The notes below the pieces were generated by a model. The model saw nothing but the letters and a program-made list of their open reading frames with translations, did no database searches and was not told the origin of the DNA. From Nitrospira sp. (lineage in GTDB: Bacteria; Nitrospirota; Nitrospiria; Nitrospirales; UBA8639), in assembly GCA_028819435.1 (NCBI GenBank), contig JAPPLK010000073.1, forward strand, positions 3,323 through 67,322: DNA of 64,000 nucleotides. The letters are read 5' to 3'. The position numbers were made by a program, and so were the translations under genes. The number at the start of each line of letters is the position of its first letter. Positions within the stretch are counted from its first letter, which is position 1. This document shows, in pieces, positions 9,788 through 19,621 of the stretch.

Positions 9788-10546
9788 TCATGGTCGTTCT
9801 TTCTCCTTGTTGTAAGATGTTTTGCCCCGCTCGGCACCCCGGCATCGCAACCGTGCGATCATCCCGAGAATTCCAATACTGGCCCCGATGACGCCCTTGA
9901 GGGTTCCCCCGACCTTCGAAAACCCGAAACGCCGCCGTAGGGTATTCACCGGTATCTCGACGAGTCGCAAGTTCAATTGGATCACCTTGACCTGCATTTC
10001 AACTGTCCAGCCATAGGCAATATCGCGCATATCAAGCCATCGTAATGCATCCGTGCGAATGGCCCGGAAGGGACCCAAATCGGTGACGACCTGCCCCCAC
10101 AACAGCCGGATCAGCAGGCTCGCTACGCGGTTACCGAAGATCTGCGGCATTGACAGGGCACCCGGTTCCATCCATCCCAACGCGCGAGAGCCAATGGCCA
10201 AGTCGGCGCCGTCCGCGATGGCCTCCAGCAGATCGAGTGCCTGGAGGACGTCGCACGACTGGTCGCCATCGACAAACAAGACAACGTCCACTGGATCGAG
10301 AGCAGCAAGGGCCGTTAAACACGCCATGCCGTAGCCGCGCGTTTCTTCAACGACCACGCGAGCGCCAGCGGCTCGCGCACAATGCGCCGTGCCGTCCGTC
10401 GATCCGTTGTCGCACACCACGACGTCGTCGACGACACGGGAACCGGCATCCGTATGAAGATCCAGCAGCGCGCCGACCACCGCGCCGACGTTGTCTTCTT
10501 CGTTGCATGCCGGAATCACCACTCCGACGCTCAAGCCCTTGTACAT
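9788..10546 (-). CDS. Family 2 glycosyltransferase (dolichol-P-sugar/polyprenol-P-sugar synthase-like)
   Basis: VVIPACNEE...VCDNGSTDGT...FVDGD motifs (the DxD region). Confidence 0.85.
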   Translation of the reverse strand: MYKGLSVGVVIPACNEEDNVGAVVGALLDLHTDAGSRVVDDVVVCDNGSTDGTAHCARAAGARVVVEETRGYGMACLTALAALDPVDVVLFVDGDQSCDVLQALDLLEAIADGADLAIGSRALGWMEPGALSMPQIFGNRVASLLIRLLWGQVVTDLGPFRAIRTDALRWLDMRDIAYGWTVEMQVKVIQLNLRLVEIPVNTLRRRFGFSKVGGTLKGVIGASIGILGMIARLRCRGAERGKTSYNKEKERP

Positions 10547-10561
10547 CGTACGCGCACCATA

Positions 10562-11878
10562 TCAACGGCTGACTCGACCGCCGAGGCCGGTTGACTGCCG
10601 CCGGAACAGATCAAAGGCCAGTGCCAGCAGGATCAAACCGTACTCAACGGGTCGAACCCATGCTGGCGGCTGGTACGGTTGCAACTCACCGTCAATCAGG
10701 TTGAGCCCTGTCACATAGGCGAGCAAGACCGCGACGGAGGCCGTCCACGCGGAAACACTCGGTGTAATCGCGGCAAACGGTAGCACCCAAAGCAAATACC
10801 AGGAATTGATGACCGGCGATGCCGCAAGCAACACGCCATAGAGCCAGTCACATCGGGGGATCTCACGTGTACGGTTCCGGCAATAGCGGATATAATAATG
10901 CCCCCAGAAGGCGGCACACAACAGGCCCAGTACGAGCTTGGCGTGGAACGGGTGCAAGACTGTGGCGAGGAACCCGAAGGCAGCCGAATTGAATTCCCAT
11001 TCCCGCGCAAAAACCAGCAATGACTCGAAATCCGTACCCCCCTGTATGACAAACGGCGCATACAACGCCGCCAGCGTCAAAACGAACAACACCCAATGCC
11101 GGAAGCCCGCCCCAACCAGCACCAACGGGACCAGGACCAACGCGAATATCTTGGCCCCCACGGCCATACCCAGGCAGATGGCCGCACTCCGCCAGCGATG
11201 ATTTTGAGACAGCACGATTGCAGCCAGCAACAGACAGACGCCGATACCATCGGGGTGTGCTGTAAAGGCAATTTCCTTGACGACCAGCGGACACCACGCG
11301 TAGAGCATGACGTTCCTTGCCGGAGCCAGACGCAGTAGTAACGCAATGGTCACGAGATCGATGAGGATCAGTATCGCCTGCAAGGCTACGATGCTGCCCG
11401 GTTTCAACCAGTAGGCGAGCAGGAAAACGATTTGCGTAACCGGCGCATAGATGGTTGGCAATTCGGGATAATTGATGCCGTTCAGGATGCCGTGAAATAT
11501 CGCAGGAACGCCGGAGTCACTAAAAAACGCTTCAGGGACGGCGCCATAGGGCGTGCCGGTCACAGCAAAGCGGTAGCCGTCCCACAGGTAACGGTAGAAG
11601 TCGTCCTCGTAAATCGGTCCGCCCAGCAATCCGCAGATCCGGAACACCACTGCCCAGAGGACCAAGCGGCCGAGCGGGAACAACTCGCCACGCCGGTGAC
11701 AGTACACGTACAGGCCGAAGACCGGCAGGCTGGTCCACGCGACAATGAGGAAAAACGCCGGCAGGTCGGGTTCGCCGGGACGCCGGGCCAGAACGGCGAG
11801 GGCAGCATACCCCAGTGCGCACCACAGACCGACCAAGTCCGCGTACCGGCAGGTACGCCAGTTTGAGATCGACGTCAT
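10562..11878 (-). CDS. Polytopic membrane protein, GT-C/DUF2029-like glycosyltransferase candidate
   Basis: 438 aa with more than 10 TM segments. YEDDFYRYLWDG loop after TM2. Lies 15 nt from the GT2 gene on the same strand. Confidence 0.5.
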   Translation of the reverse strand: MTSISNWRTCRYADLVGLWCALGYAALAVLARRPGEPDLPAFFLIVAWTSLPVFGLYVYCHRRGELFPLGRLVLWAVVFRICGLLGGPIYEDDFYRYLWDGYRFAVTGTPYGAVPEAFFSDSGVPAIFHGILNGINYPELPTIYAPVTQIVFLLAYWLKPGSIVALQAILILIDLVTIALLLRLAPARNVMLYAWCPLVVKEIAFTAHPDGIGVCLLLAAIVLSQNHRWRSAAICLGMAVGAKIFALVLVPLVLVGAGFRHWVLFVLTLAALYAPFVIQGGTDFESLLVFAREWEFNSAAFGFLATVLHPFHAKLVLGLLCAAFWGHYYIRYCRNRTREIPRCDWLYGVLLAASPVINSWYLLWVLPFAAITPSVSAWTASVAVLLAYVTGLNLIDGELQPYQPPAWVRPVEYGLILLALAFDLFRRQSTGLGGRVSR

Positions 11879-11934
11879 GGATCATCAACCAATTTCTGAA
11901 TACGGCATTGTACACGGAAGGCGCTTGGGCTACC

Positions 11935-12651
11935 ATGGAGCCCACAATGACTGATCCTGCCGCATCCTCACCGCGATCGCTTGGGAAACTCGTGATTCTC
12001 GGAATCCTGGGACTGGGAATCGGAGCCTTCTTCTATTTCGACCTGGGCCGTTACGTTTCGCTCGAAGCCCTGAAAGCCAACCGGGACCATTTACTGGAGT
12101 TCACCAACGCCAACTTTACCACCGCGGTCGTCCTTTACATAGCCGTGTACATCCTCCAAACCGCGTTTTCATTACCCGGCGGGGCCATCATGACCCTGGC
12201 CGGCGGCTTTTTGTTCGGAAGCATTCTCGGAACGATCTTCGTCAACGTCGGAGCCACCGCGGGCGCCACCCTGGCCTTCCTGGCCGCGCGATACGTCTTG
12301 CGTGATTGGGTCGAACAAAAATTCGGCGAGCGCATTGAACCGATTCAGACCGGATTCGCTCAAAACGCCTTCAGTTACCTTTTGACCTTACGGCTGATCC
12401 CGGCCTTTCCGTTCTTTCTCGTGAATCTCGTGTCCGGTTTGACCCGGATTCCACTCGGCACCTACGTTATCGGAACCTCTGTCGGCATTATTCCAGGCAG
12501 TTTTGTCTACGCGTTTGCAGGAAAACAACTTGGCTCGATCAACTCATTGGCGGAAATCGCGTCGCTGCCAGTATTGTTGGCGTTTACGTTCCTGGGTTTG
12601 CTGGCCCTCCTTCCCATCCTGCATCGAAAATTCGTGAAAAGGGAAAAATGA
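11935..12651 (+). CDS. TVP38/TMEM64 (DedA/SNARE-associated) family membrane protein
   Basis: FSLPGGAIMTLAGGFLFG and LRLIPAFPFFLVNLVSGLT motifs. The start is taken at ATG 11935, downstream of the divergent gene's start. Confidence 0.8.
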   Translation: MEPTMTDPAASSPRSLGKLVILGILGLGIGAFFYFDLGRYVSLEALKANRDHLLEFTNANFTTAVVLYIAVYILQTAFSLPGGAIMTLAGGFLFGSILGTIFVNVGATAGATLAFLAARYVLRDWVEQKFGERIEPIQTGFAQNAFSYLLTLRLIPAFPFFLVNLVSGLTRIPLGTYVIGTSVGIIPGSFVYAFAGKQLGSINSLAEIASLPVLLAFTFLGLLALLPILHRKFVKREK

Positions 12652-12678
12652 GATTACTTTTATACCAAGGACTGCACC

Positions 12679-14226
12679 ATGCATGATCCTCAAAGCGAAT
12701 CCGTGACCATGGCTCCGATGGACGAATTCAATCAGCAACTCATTCACAACGTCCATCCTCCATCCTGGATCAACCCCACGCCCAACGGTCGATACAATAT
12801 CGTCGTCATCGGAGCCGGCACCGCCGGTTTGGTCACCGCGGCGGTGGCTGCCGGACTTGGCGCGAAGGCAGCCCTGATCGAACGCCACTTGATGGGTGGG
12901 GATTGCCTGAACGTCGGATGCGTGCCATCGAAAGGTATCATTCGCGCGTCCCGTGCGTGGAGCGCGGTAAAACGGGCGGAGGAATTCGGCGTAACCGTTC
13001 CGGGTGGAGTCAAAACCGATTTCGAGGCCGCCATGGCAAGAATGCGGAAACTGCGCGCACGTCTCAGCCGGGTGGATTCGGCGCATCGTTTTACCAGCCT
13101 CGGAGTTGACGTGTTCATGGGCGCGGGCCGGTTCACCGGAAAGCATACCATCGACGTGGACGGCGCCGCACTCGAATTTGCAAAGGCCGCGATTTGTTCC
13201 GGCGCACGCGCGGCAGCCCCGCCCATTCACGGACTGGAAGCAGCAGGCTACCTGACAAACGAAACCGTCTTCTCCCTGACGCAACTCCCTCCGCGCCTGG
13301 CCGTTATCGGCGCCGGCCCGATCGGCTGTGAGATGGCCCAGACCTTCGCTCGATTCGGCAGCCGTGTCTCCCTCTTTGAACAGACCGGACACATTCTTCC
13401 CCGCGAGGATGCGGATGCCGCGGAAATCGTCCAAACGCAAATGACCACGGACGGTGTCGCGTTTGTCTTTGATTCGCAGATCACGTCCGTCGAATTGCGC
13501 GGACAGGAGAAAGTCCTGCATTACAACAGCCGTAGCGACCAGCATGAACTCGCGGTCGATGAGATACTCGTCGGCGTGGGACGCGCCCCCAACGTGGAGG
13601 AACTCGGACTCGAAACGGCCGGAGTGGAGTATGATACCCGTAGCGGCGTAAAAGTGAACACCCGGTTACAAACGACCAATCCCAACGTCTATGCGGCCGG
13701 GGACGTGTGTTTTCAGTTCAAGTTCACTCACGCCGCGGATGCCATGGCCCAAATCGTCATTCAAAATGCCCTGTTCCCTCATCCCCTTGGATTGGGGTAC
13801 GCCAAGACGGATTCGCTCATTATCCCCTGGGCAACCTATACGGACCCGGAGATCGCACACGTCGGGCTGTACGAAGCCGAAGCTAAAAACAAGGGCATCG
13901 AGGTGGATACGTTTACGTTCAAACTCGATGAAGTCGACCGGGCGGTTCTGGACGGGGAGGATCAGGGCTTTGCTCGCGTGCACGTCAAGAAAGGCACCGA
14001 CGTCATCGTGGGCGCGACGATCGTCGCAACGCATGCCGGCGACATGATCAGCGAATTCACGTTGGCCATGAAAGGGGGGCTCGGCTTGGGCACGATCACG
14101 GGCACGGTCCACCCCTACCCCACCCAAGCCGAAGTCATCAAAAAAGTGGCCAATGCCTGGAGAAAAACCACCCTCACCGAAAGCAAGAAACGGATACTCG
14201 AGAGATTGTTTGCCTGGAGGCGGTAA
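12679..14226 (+). CDS. Pyridine nucleotide-disulfide oxidoreductase (mercuric reductase-like core, no NmerA domain)
   Basis: GAGTAG FAD-binding fold, redox-active CLNVGCVPSK, second GAGPIGCE NAD(P) fold, and a C-terminal dimerisation region. Confidence 0.85.
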   Translation: MHDPQSESVTMAPMDEFNQQLIHNVHPPSWINPTPNGRYNIVVIGAGTAGLVTAAVAAGLGAKAALIERHLMGGDCLNVGCVPSKGIIRASRAWSAVKRAEEFGVTVPGGVKTDFEAAMARMRKLRARLSRVDSAHRFTSLGVDVFMGAGRFTGKHTIDVDGAALEFAKAAICSGARAAAPPIHGLEAAGYLTNETVFSLTQLPPRLAVIGAGPIGCEMAQTFARFGSRVSLFEQTGHILPREDADAAEIVQTQMTTDGVAFVFDSQITSVELRGQEKVLHYNSRSDQHELAVDEILVGVGRAPNVEELGLETAGVEYDTRSGVKVNTRLQTTNPNVYAAGDVCFQFKFTHAADAMAQIVIQNALFPHPLGLGYAKTDSLIIPWATYTDPEIAHVGLYEAEAKNKGIEVDTFTFKLDEVDRAVLDGEDQGFARVHVKKGTDVIVGATIVATHAGDMISEFTLAMKGGLGLGTITGTVHPYPTQAEVIKKVANAWRKTTLTESKKRILERLFAWRR

Positions 14227-14248
14227 GAGCGGTTCGGAAAACGCATGA

Positions 14249-14306
14249 GGACAACCACGGGGGGGGGTTGTCCCTACAAGAAAAAACAACGATCGTTGTT
14301 CCCTAC
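14249..14306. repeat. REP hairpins (ggacaacc..ggttgtcc and gggaacaacgatcgttgttccc)
   Basis: Two palindromes. The aacaacgatcgttgtt unit recurs at 47797-47812. Confidence 0.65.
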
Positions 14307-14319
14307 GAGGTATAACCCA

Positions 14320-14895
14320 TCATGATTTCCACTTGATGTTGCACCCGGCGCTGGGGCGTTGATCACGACTCACGGGTTCTCCCGCCAGGACGGCGTCGAT
14401 CGCCGAGCGCAAGTCTTTTCCCGTCACCGGCTTGCCGTTCCCCGGACGGCTGTCATCCAACTGACCTCGATAGACCAGCTTTTGCGCCTTGTCGAACAAA
14501 AAGAAGTCCGGGGTACAGGCTGCCGTAAAAGCTTTGGCCACGGCCTGGGTTTCATCGTAACAGTAAGGGAACGTGAATTCGAGTTCCCGGGCCATGGCTC
14601 GTAAATGATCCGGGTGGTCATCCGGATAGTTCTCCACGTCGTTACTGCTGATCGCGATCACGCCAAGCGATTGCCCTGCGTAATCCCGTCCAAGCCGGCC
14701 CAATTCCTGCTGCACGTGAACCACGTAGGGACAATGCCGGCAAATGAACATCACCAGCAAACCACGTTGTCCGGCAAATTGGTCGGGACGGATTATTTCG
14801 CCCGACACAACGTCAGGCAATTGAAAATCGGGAATGGTCGTTCCCAAGGCCAACATGCTTGAATGGGTCAATGCCATACGTGACTCCTGTACCAA
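14320..14895 (-). CDS. Thioredoxin-fold thiol-disulfide oxidoreductase (AhpC/TSA-like)
   Basis: FICRHCPYV CxxC-like motif and a thioredoxin-fold length. A start at 14877 is also possible. Confidence 0.75.
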   Translation of the reverse strand: MVQESRMALTHSSMLALGTTIPDFQLPDVVSGEIIRPDQFAGQRGLLVMFICRHCPYVVHVQQELGRLGRDYAGQSLGVIAISSNDVENYPDDHPDHLRAMARELEFTFPYCYDETQAVAKAFTAACTPDFFLFDKAQKLVYRGQLDDSRPGNGKPVTGKDLRSAIDAVLAGEPVSRDQRPSAGCNIKWKS

Positions 14896-14930
14896 AATCC
14901 ATCATGCAGGCTTACCGCCTGCACCATTTC

Positions 14931-15020
14931 CCCCTCACCCCAGCCCTCTCCCGCAAGGGGAGAGGGAGTAGAGAGCATTTCCTCTCCCTTGATGGGAGAG
15001 GATTAAGGTGAGGGTGAAGG
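14931..15020. repeat. Nested REP palindromes (ccctctccc..gggagaggg type)
   Basis: Contains ccctcacc...ccctctcccgcaaggggagaggg...cctctcccttgatgggagagg...ggtgaggg. A related unit lies at 48333-48370. Confidence 0.65.
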
Positions 15021-15029
15021 GTCTCGTAG

Positions 15030-15509
15030 TTAACTGCCTTCTTCGTGAAGCTGTTCACTCAGGTAATTTTGCAGCCCGACTTGCTTGATGCTTTCCAACT
15101 GCGTTTCGATCCAATCAATGTGCTCTTCTTCATCCTTCACCATGTCTTCCAGCATGTGGCGCGTCGAAAAATCCCCGACCTTCGTGCAATGCTGGATGCC
15201 TTCGGTCATCATCTTGACCATGGCTTTTTCCTTGTCCAAGTCGGCTTTTAACTGCTCCGGCACGGTTTCTCCGATCTTGACCGTTCCCAGCCGCTGCATG
15301 TTGGGAAGGCCTTCCAGAAACAGAATGCGATCAATGACCTCTTTCGCGTCTTTCATTTCTCCGTAGCTGCGATCCAACACGTGGTGATGCAAATGCTCAT
15401 ACCCCCAATTCTTGCACATTTTGGCATGCAGGAAATACTGGTTGATGACCGTCAATTCTTCGGTCAACAGTTTGTTGAGAAGATCGACGACTCCTTGTTT
15501 GGCTTTCAT
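15030..15509 (-). CDS. bfr: Bacterioferritin
   Basis: MKAKQGVVDLLNKLLTEELTVINQYFLHAKMCKNWGY is a classic Bfr N-terminus, and the ORF is 159 aa. Confidence 0.9.
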   Translation of the reverse strand: MKAKQGVVDLLNKLLTEELTVINQYFLHAKMCKNWGYEHLHHHVLDRSYGEMKDAKEVIDRILFLEGLPNMQRLGTVKIGETVPEQLKADLDKEKAMVKMMTEGIQHCTKVGDFSTRHMLEDMVKDEEEHIDWIETQLESIKQVGLQNYLSEQLHEEGS

Positions 15510-15777
15510 CGCTGCCTCCTTTCTTCGTCGCTGGTTGCGTCTATTCGTAAACTCCCTGAATCAGGAACGTCCTGTAACTTGAATCATCATCCTGTTTTCA
15601 AGATACCCCCCTCCCATGCAGATGTCAATGGAAAATACTAGGCACATATACTTATAAATGATTCTCTTTCTCAAATTCGCCGATTCGGATTCTCAACGTC
15701 TTGCAGCGTCGGCGAAAAGGGTATCAGGAACAAACGCAAGTTGACCTGTTTTTTCGCCCGGTGCTACTGTCCGGACC

Positions 15778-18700
15778 ATGACTGATTCGCACCCGACCCG
15801 TTCTCCGAACCGTCTTATTCACGAAACCAGCCCCTACCTCCTGCAACACGCCTACAACCCGGTGGATTGGTATCCCTGGGGTTCGGAAGCGCTCCAGATG
15901 GCCAAGGAACAGGATAAACCCCTGCTCCTGTCGATCGGGTATTCCGCGTGTCATTGGTGCCACGTAATGGAACGGGAATCGTTCGAGAACGACGAGATCA
16001 CTTCGCTGATGAATCGCCATTACGTCTGCGTCAAGGTTGACCGGGAAGAACGCCCGGATCTCGATGAGATCTACATGCAGGCCACCATTGCCATGAATCA
16101 GGGAAACGGCGGTTGGCCCATGACGGTGTTCCTGACGCCGGATCAACAGCCGATTTTCGCCGGCACGTATTTCCCGCCGACCGACAAGTGGGGCAGGCCC
16201 GGCTTCGGCACGGTCCTCAAAAAAATTGCCGAAGGCTGGGAACGCGACCGCCCCGCCATTGCCGATAGCGCCATGCGTTTCACCGAACGGTTGCAAACGG
16301 CCATGCGCCCGCCCGCACCCACAACAGTCGGGCAACAGGAGTTCAACTCTGCCGTTGAACAATTTTCAGCGGATTTCGACCCGATCTACGGCGGTTTCGG
16401 CCAAGCCCCCAAGTTCCCGCCTGCCACCGGGCTGTCATTTCTCCTCCGACAATACCAACGATCCAGGACGGACCACGTCCTGCACATGGTTTGTAAAACC
16501 CTGGATGGTATGGCCGCCGGCGGCATGTACGACCATATCGGCGGAGGGTTTACCCGCTATTCCACTGATGAACGCTGGCTGGTTCCCCACTTTGAAAAAA
16601 TGCTCTACGACAATGCCTTGCTCGCGAAGACGTATCTCGAAGCGTTTCAGGTCACCGACAACCTCAATTACAAGCGCGTCACCTGCGAAATTCTGGATTA
16701 CATCCTGCGGGAAATGACCTCGCCCGAGGGTGGCTTTTATTCCGCCACGGACGCAGACTCGGAAGGCGTCGAAGGAAAGTTCTTCGTGTGGGACCCCGAA
16801 CAAATCCGGGACGTCGTTCCATCGGAGCAGGACGCGGTCCGCTTCTGCGCGTATTACGACGTGACCCCTGACGGCAATTGGGAGCACCACAGTATTCCCA
16901 ATACCCCCCATCCTCTCGAACACGTGGCGGAAAAACTTTCCTGTTCCCCGGAAGAGCTTCGAGAGACGATCGACAGGGTCAAACCGCTTGTCTATCAGGC
17001 GCGCCTGAAGCGCGTGCCCCCGGGTTTGGACGATAAAATCATCACGGCCTGGAACGGCATGATGATCAGCACCCTGGCCGAAGCGGGACGGGTCCTGAAA
17101 CACGCCCCCTACCTGGAAGCCGCGTGCCGGGCCGCTGATTTTCTACTCACTACGCTCTCCCGTCCCGATGGAGGTCTGTACCGCACCTATCGTGCAAGCA
17201 AGGCCCACCTCAACGCGTACCTGGAAGATTACGCCTATCTCGTGGAAGCCCTTATCGACGTGTACGAAGCCGGCGGCGAAGAGCGATACCTCGGAGAGGC
17301 CGTCCGATTGGGCGAACGTCTATTGCGCGATTTTCTGGATAAGAAGCACGGTGGATTCTTTACCACGTCCAATGACCACGAAGTCCTCATCCTGCGAGGA
17401 CGTGAAGGACCGGACGGTGCCACGCCGAGCGGCAACGCCGTGGCGGCTATGGCTTTAGCGCGGCTTTCGTTCCACGAGGACCGTGAAGGTTTTCTGAACG
17501 CCGCCACGCATGCCGTTCAGGCTTACGGCCAACAAATCAGTCGCATACCCAGGGGGTTTGCTAAGACCATCATGGCCGCGGAGTTCCTGTTGAACGGCCC
17601 GCTGGAATTGGCATTCATCGGGTCGCCAAGCGACAAAAGGCACGACAGGTTGCTCGATGCAGTCGCCCGTCACTTCATTCCCCATCGCATCATCGCCCAC
17701 GGCAACCCCGATGCTCTCGAGTCGCAGCAGCATCCACTTTTAAAGGGTAAGGGCTTCGTTGAGGGACAAGCGGCCTTATACGTGTGTCGAAACTATGCCT
17801 GTCAGGCGCCCATCACCAATCCGGACGAGGTGGCGCAGGCCTTAACCTGTACACCCGGCAAGGATTCGCCGCCACGCACGCTGGCCTCTCAAGGCATACC
17901 TGGGACGGCCACCGTTCAGGGAACCGCCGCCTACGTGTCAGGAACCCTGGCGCGTTCGTCAGGTCCCACGGCCCACGGCTATACGACCCTGGGCGGCACG
18001 GGTCTGACCAACTCCCGGATCGGGTTCGGCGGCTACAGGACGGGTATCGAGCACGAAGACCACCGGACCGCATTGATGAAAGCCATTCGGGAAGGCTGCA
18101 ACCTCATCGATACCTCCACGAACTATGCGGACGGCGACAGCGAACGCCTGGTGGGAAGCGTGCTTCAGGAGTTGATTTCCCAAAAAGAAATCACTCGCGA
18201 GAACGTGATTGTGGTTTCAAAAATCGGCTACGTGCAAGGGAAAAACCTGCAATACGCCAAATCCAGGGAAGAGGCCGGGCGTGCCTATCCCGAGGTGGTC
18301 AAATACGGGGAAGACATCTGGCATTGCCTCCACCCCGAGTTTCTCGAGGATCAACTCACGGGCTCCCTCGACCGCCTCGGACTCGCCACGCTGGACGTCT
18401 GCCTCCTGCACAACCCGGAATATTTCCTCTCCGACGCGAAACAACGAAAACTCACCGTCGACGCAGCCACCCTGGATGAACTGCGGACCGAATTGTACCG
18501 GCGCCTCGATCAGGCGTTTGTCTATTTTGAGCAACAGATCGACTCGGGCCGCATCCAATACTACGGCGTCTCCTCCAATACGAGTACGGCCCAACCGGAT
18601 AATCCGGAAGCGACCTCGCTGTCCCGCATGCTCGAAGTCGCCCAACGGGCGGCGCAACGGACCGGCAAATCCCACCATGGTTTTCAAGTGCTTCAATTAC

Positions 18701-19452
18701 CCATGAACCTTTTCGAGTCGGGAGCCTTGCTCGTACCCAATACCGGACGGGAAAACACCGTGCTGGAGTTTGCCCGGGAACGTCGCGTCGCCGTGTTCGT
18801 CAACAGGCCGCTCAATGCCATACCCGCCGGCCAACGGGGAATGATACGACTGGCCACCCCGCGGTACGAGCCGGTGAAAACGCCCTTTGAGACGCAACAC
18901 CAGACCGTCCTGGCGTTGGAAGACACGTTTCGTAAAGACTTTGCACCCTTGATCCCCTATTCGGGAAAAGGACTGGAACCCAAGGATTTCTTTTCCCTGG
19001 CCGATGAACTCGGTCGCCTCCGGTCCCAAATTCACAACCTGGAGCATTGGGATCAGATCGAGTCACAGATGATTGCGCCACGTATCAATCAGGCCCTTCA
19101 GGTCAGCGCCAGGCACATGAACCAGGATAAAGCTACAGAATGGCAAAATTGGCAAACCCGGTACGTCTCTAAACTGCTGCTCTTACTCAAAATCATACGG
19201 CAGGAAGCGGCAAAGAAGAGTGAGCAACGCCTGCAATCCGTCACTTCGACGGTCAACCGATTCCTTCCGCAAGAAAAACACGAAGAACCATTATCACGAA
19301 AGGCGCTGTGGTGTTTGACCAGCACACCCGGCGTTACCTGCGTCCTGAACGGCATCCGCACCACGGAGTACGTCGAAGATTCTCTAACGATCCTCGGATG
19401 GGAACCCCTGCCCAAGCCTCAACCCGTTTTCGAAAGCATGCAAACGCAGTAA
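15778..19452 (+). CDS. Fusion protein: YyaL/DUF255 thioredoxin-like plus (alpha/alpha)6-barrel domain (~aa 1-690), joined to an aldo-keto reductase domain (~aa 750-1224)
   Basis: N-terminal part: [18 protein letters not shown]...[13 protein letters not shown]-terminal part: [14 protein letters not shown] (D, Y), VVSKIG (K), LLHNPE (H). One uninterrupted 1224-codon frame. Confidence 0.85.
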   Translation: MTDSHPTRSPNRLIHETSPYLLQHAYNPVDWYPWGSEALQMAKEQDKPLLLSIGYSACHWCHVMERESFENDEITSLMNRHYVCVKVDREERPDLDEIYMQATIAMNQGNGGWPMTVFLTPDQQPIFAGTYFPPTDKWGRPGFGTVLKKIAEGWERDRPAIADSAMRFTERLQTAMRPPAPTTVGQQEFNSAVEQFSADFDPIYGGFGQAPKFPPATGLSFLLRQYQRSRTDHVLHMVCKTLDGMAAGGMYDHIGGGFTRYSTDERWLVPHFEKMLYDNALLAKTYLEAFQVTDNLNYKRVTCEILDYILREMTSPEGGFYSATDADSEGVEGKFFVWDPEQIRDVVPSEQDAVRFCAYYDVTPDGNWEHHSIPNTPHPLEHVAEKLSCSPEELRETIDRVKPLVYQARLKRVPPGLDDKIITAWNGMMISTLAEAGRVLKHAPYLEAACRAADFLLTTLSRPDGGLYRTYRASKAHLNAYLEDYAYLVEALIDVYEAGGEERYLGEAVRLGERLLRDFLDKKHGGFFTTSNDHEVLILRGREGPDGATPSGNAVAAMALARLSFHEDREGFLNAATHAVQAYGQQISRIPRGFAKTIMAAEFLLNGPLELAFIGSPSDKRHDRLLDAVARHFIPHRIIAHGNPDALESQQHPLLKGKGFVEGQAALYVCRNYACQAPITNPDEVAQALTCTPGKDSPPRTLASQGIPGTATVQGTAAYVSGTLARSSGPTAHGYTTLGGTGLTNSRIGFGGYRTGIEHEDHRTALMKAIREGCNLIDTSTNYADGDSERLVGSVLQELISQKEITRENVIVVSKIGYVQGKNLQYAKSREEAGRAYPEVVKYGEDIWHCLHPEFLEDQLTGSLDRLGLATLDVCLLHNPEYFLSDAKQRKLTVDAATLDELRTELYRRLDQAFVYFEQQIDSGRIQYYGVSSNTSTAQPDNPEATSLSRMLEVAQRAAQRTGKSHHGFQVLQLPMNLFESGALLVPNTGRENTVLEFARERRVAVFVNRPLNAIPAGQRGMIRLATPRYEPVKTPFETQHQTVLALEDTFRKDFAPLIPYSGKGLEPKDFFSLADELGRLRSQIHNLEHWDQIESQMIAPRINQALQVSARHMNQDKATEWQNWQTRYVSKLLLLLKIIRQEAAKKSEQRLQSVTSTVNRFLPQEKHEEPLSRKALWCLTSTPGVTCVLNGIRTTEYVEDSLTILGWEPLPKPQPVFESMQTQ

Positions 19453-19482
19453 CGATGGCCAAACCAATGACACCCTCGCCTT

Positions 19483-19562
19483 TGTAGGGGCGACCGGCCG
19501 GTCGACCTCCTTACCAGAGAACCCCTCTACCTCCCCTCGCCCCTCCTTACAAAGGAGGGGAA
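19483..19562. repeat. REP units (tgtaggggcgaccggccggtcgacc; cccctccttacaaaggagggg)
   Basis: The second unit recurs almost identically at 48021-48060. Confidence 0.65.
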
Positions 19563-19621
19563 AACGGAAAACAGCAACGAATGAACACATACGTCTGTAG
19601 TCGATATTTACCCACGAACCG

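Noticed and set aside
8850-9845. Long N-terminal extensions offered by the ORF track (DUF547 to 9845, hemA to 35031, ribF to 29037, ftsH to 26409, yggX from 39140, TVP38 from 11815, MlaC from 54106)
   Set aside because: The extensions overlap neighbouring genes or REP units, or lack homology. Internal starts give canonical N-termini (for example MNIILVGLSHKTAP for HemA) and tight or overlapping junctions with the upstream genes.
12544-13545. 333-aa minus-strand ORF across TVP38 and the flavoprotein reductase (and similar long antisense ORFs at 3615-4313, 29040-29795, 39152-39862, 53172-53816, 55816-56547, 58868-59629 and 59626-60453)
   Set aside because: All lie opposite strongly supported genes and have biased, motif-free translations. 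They are treated as shadow ORFs.
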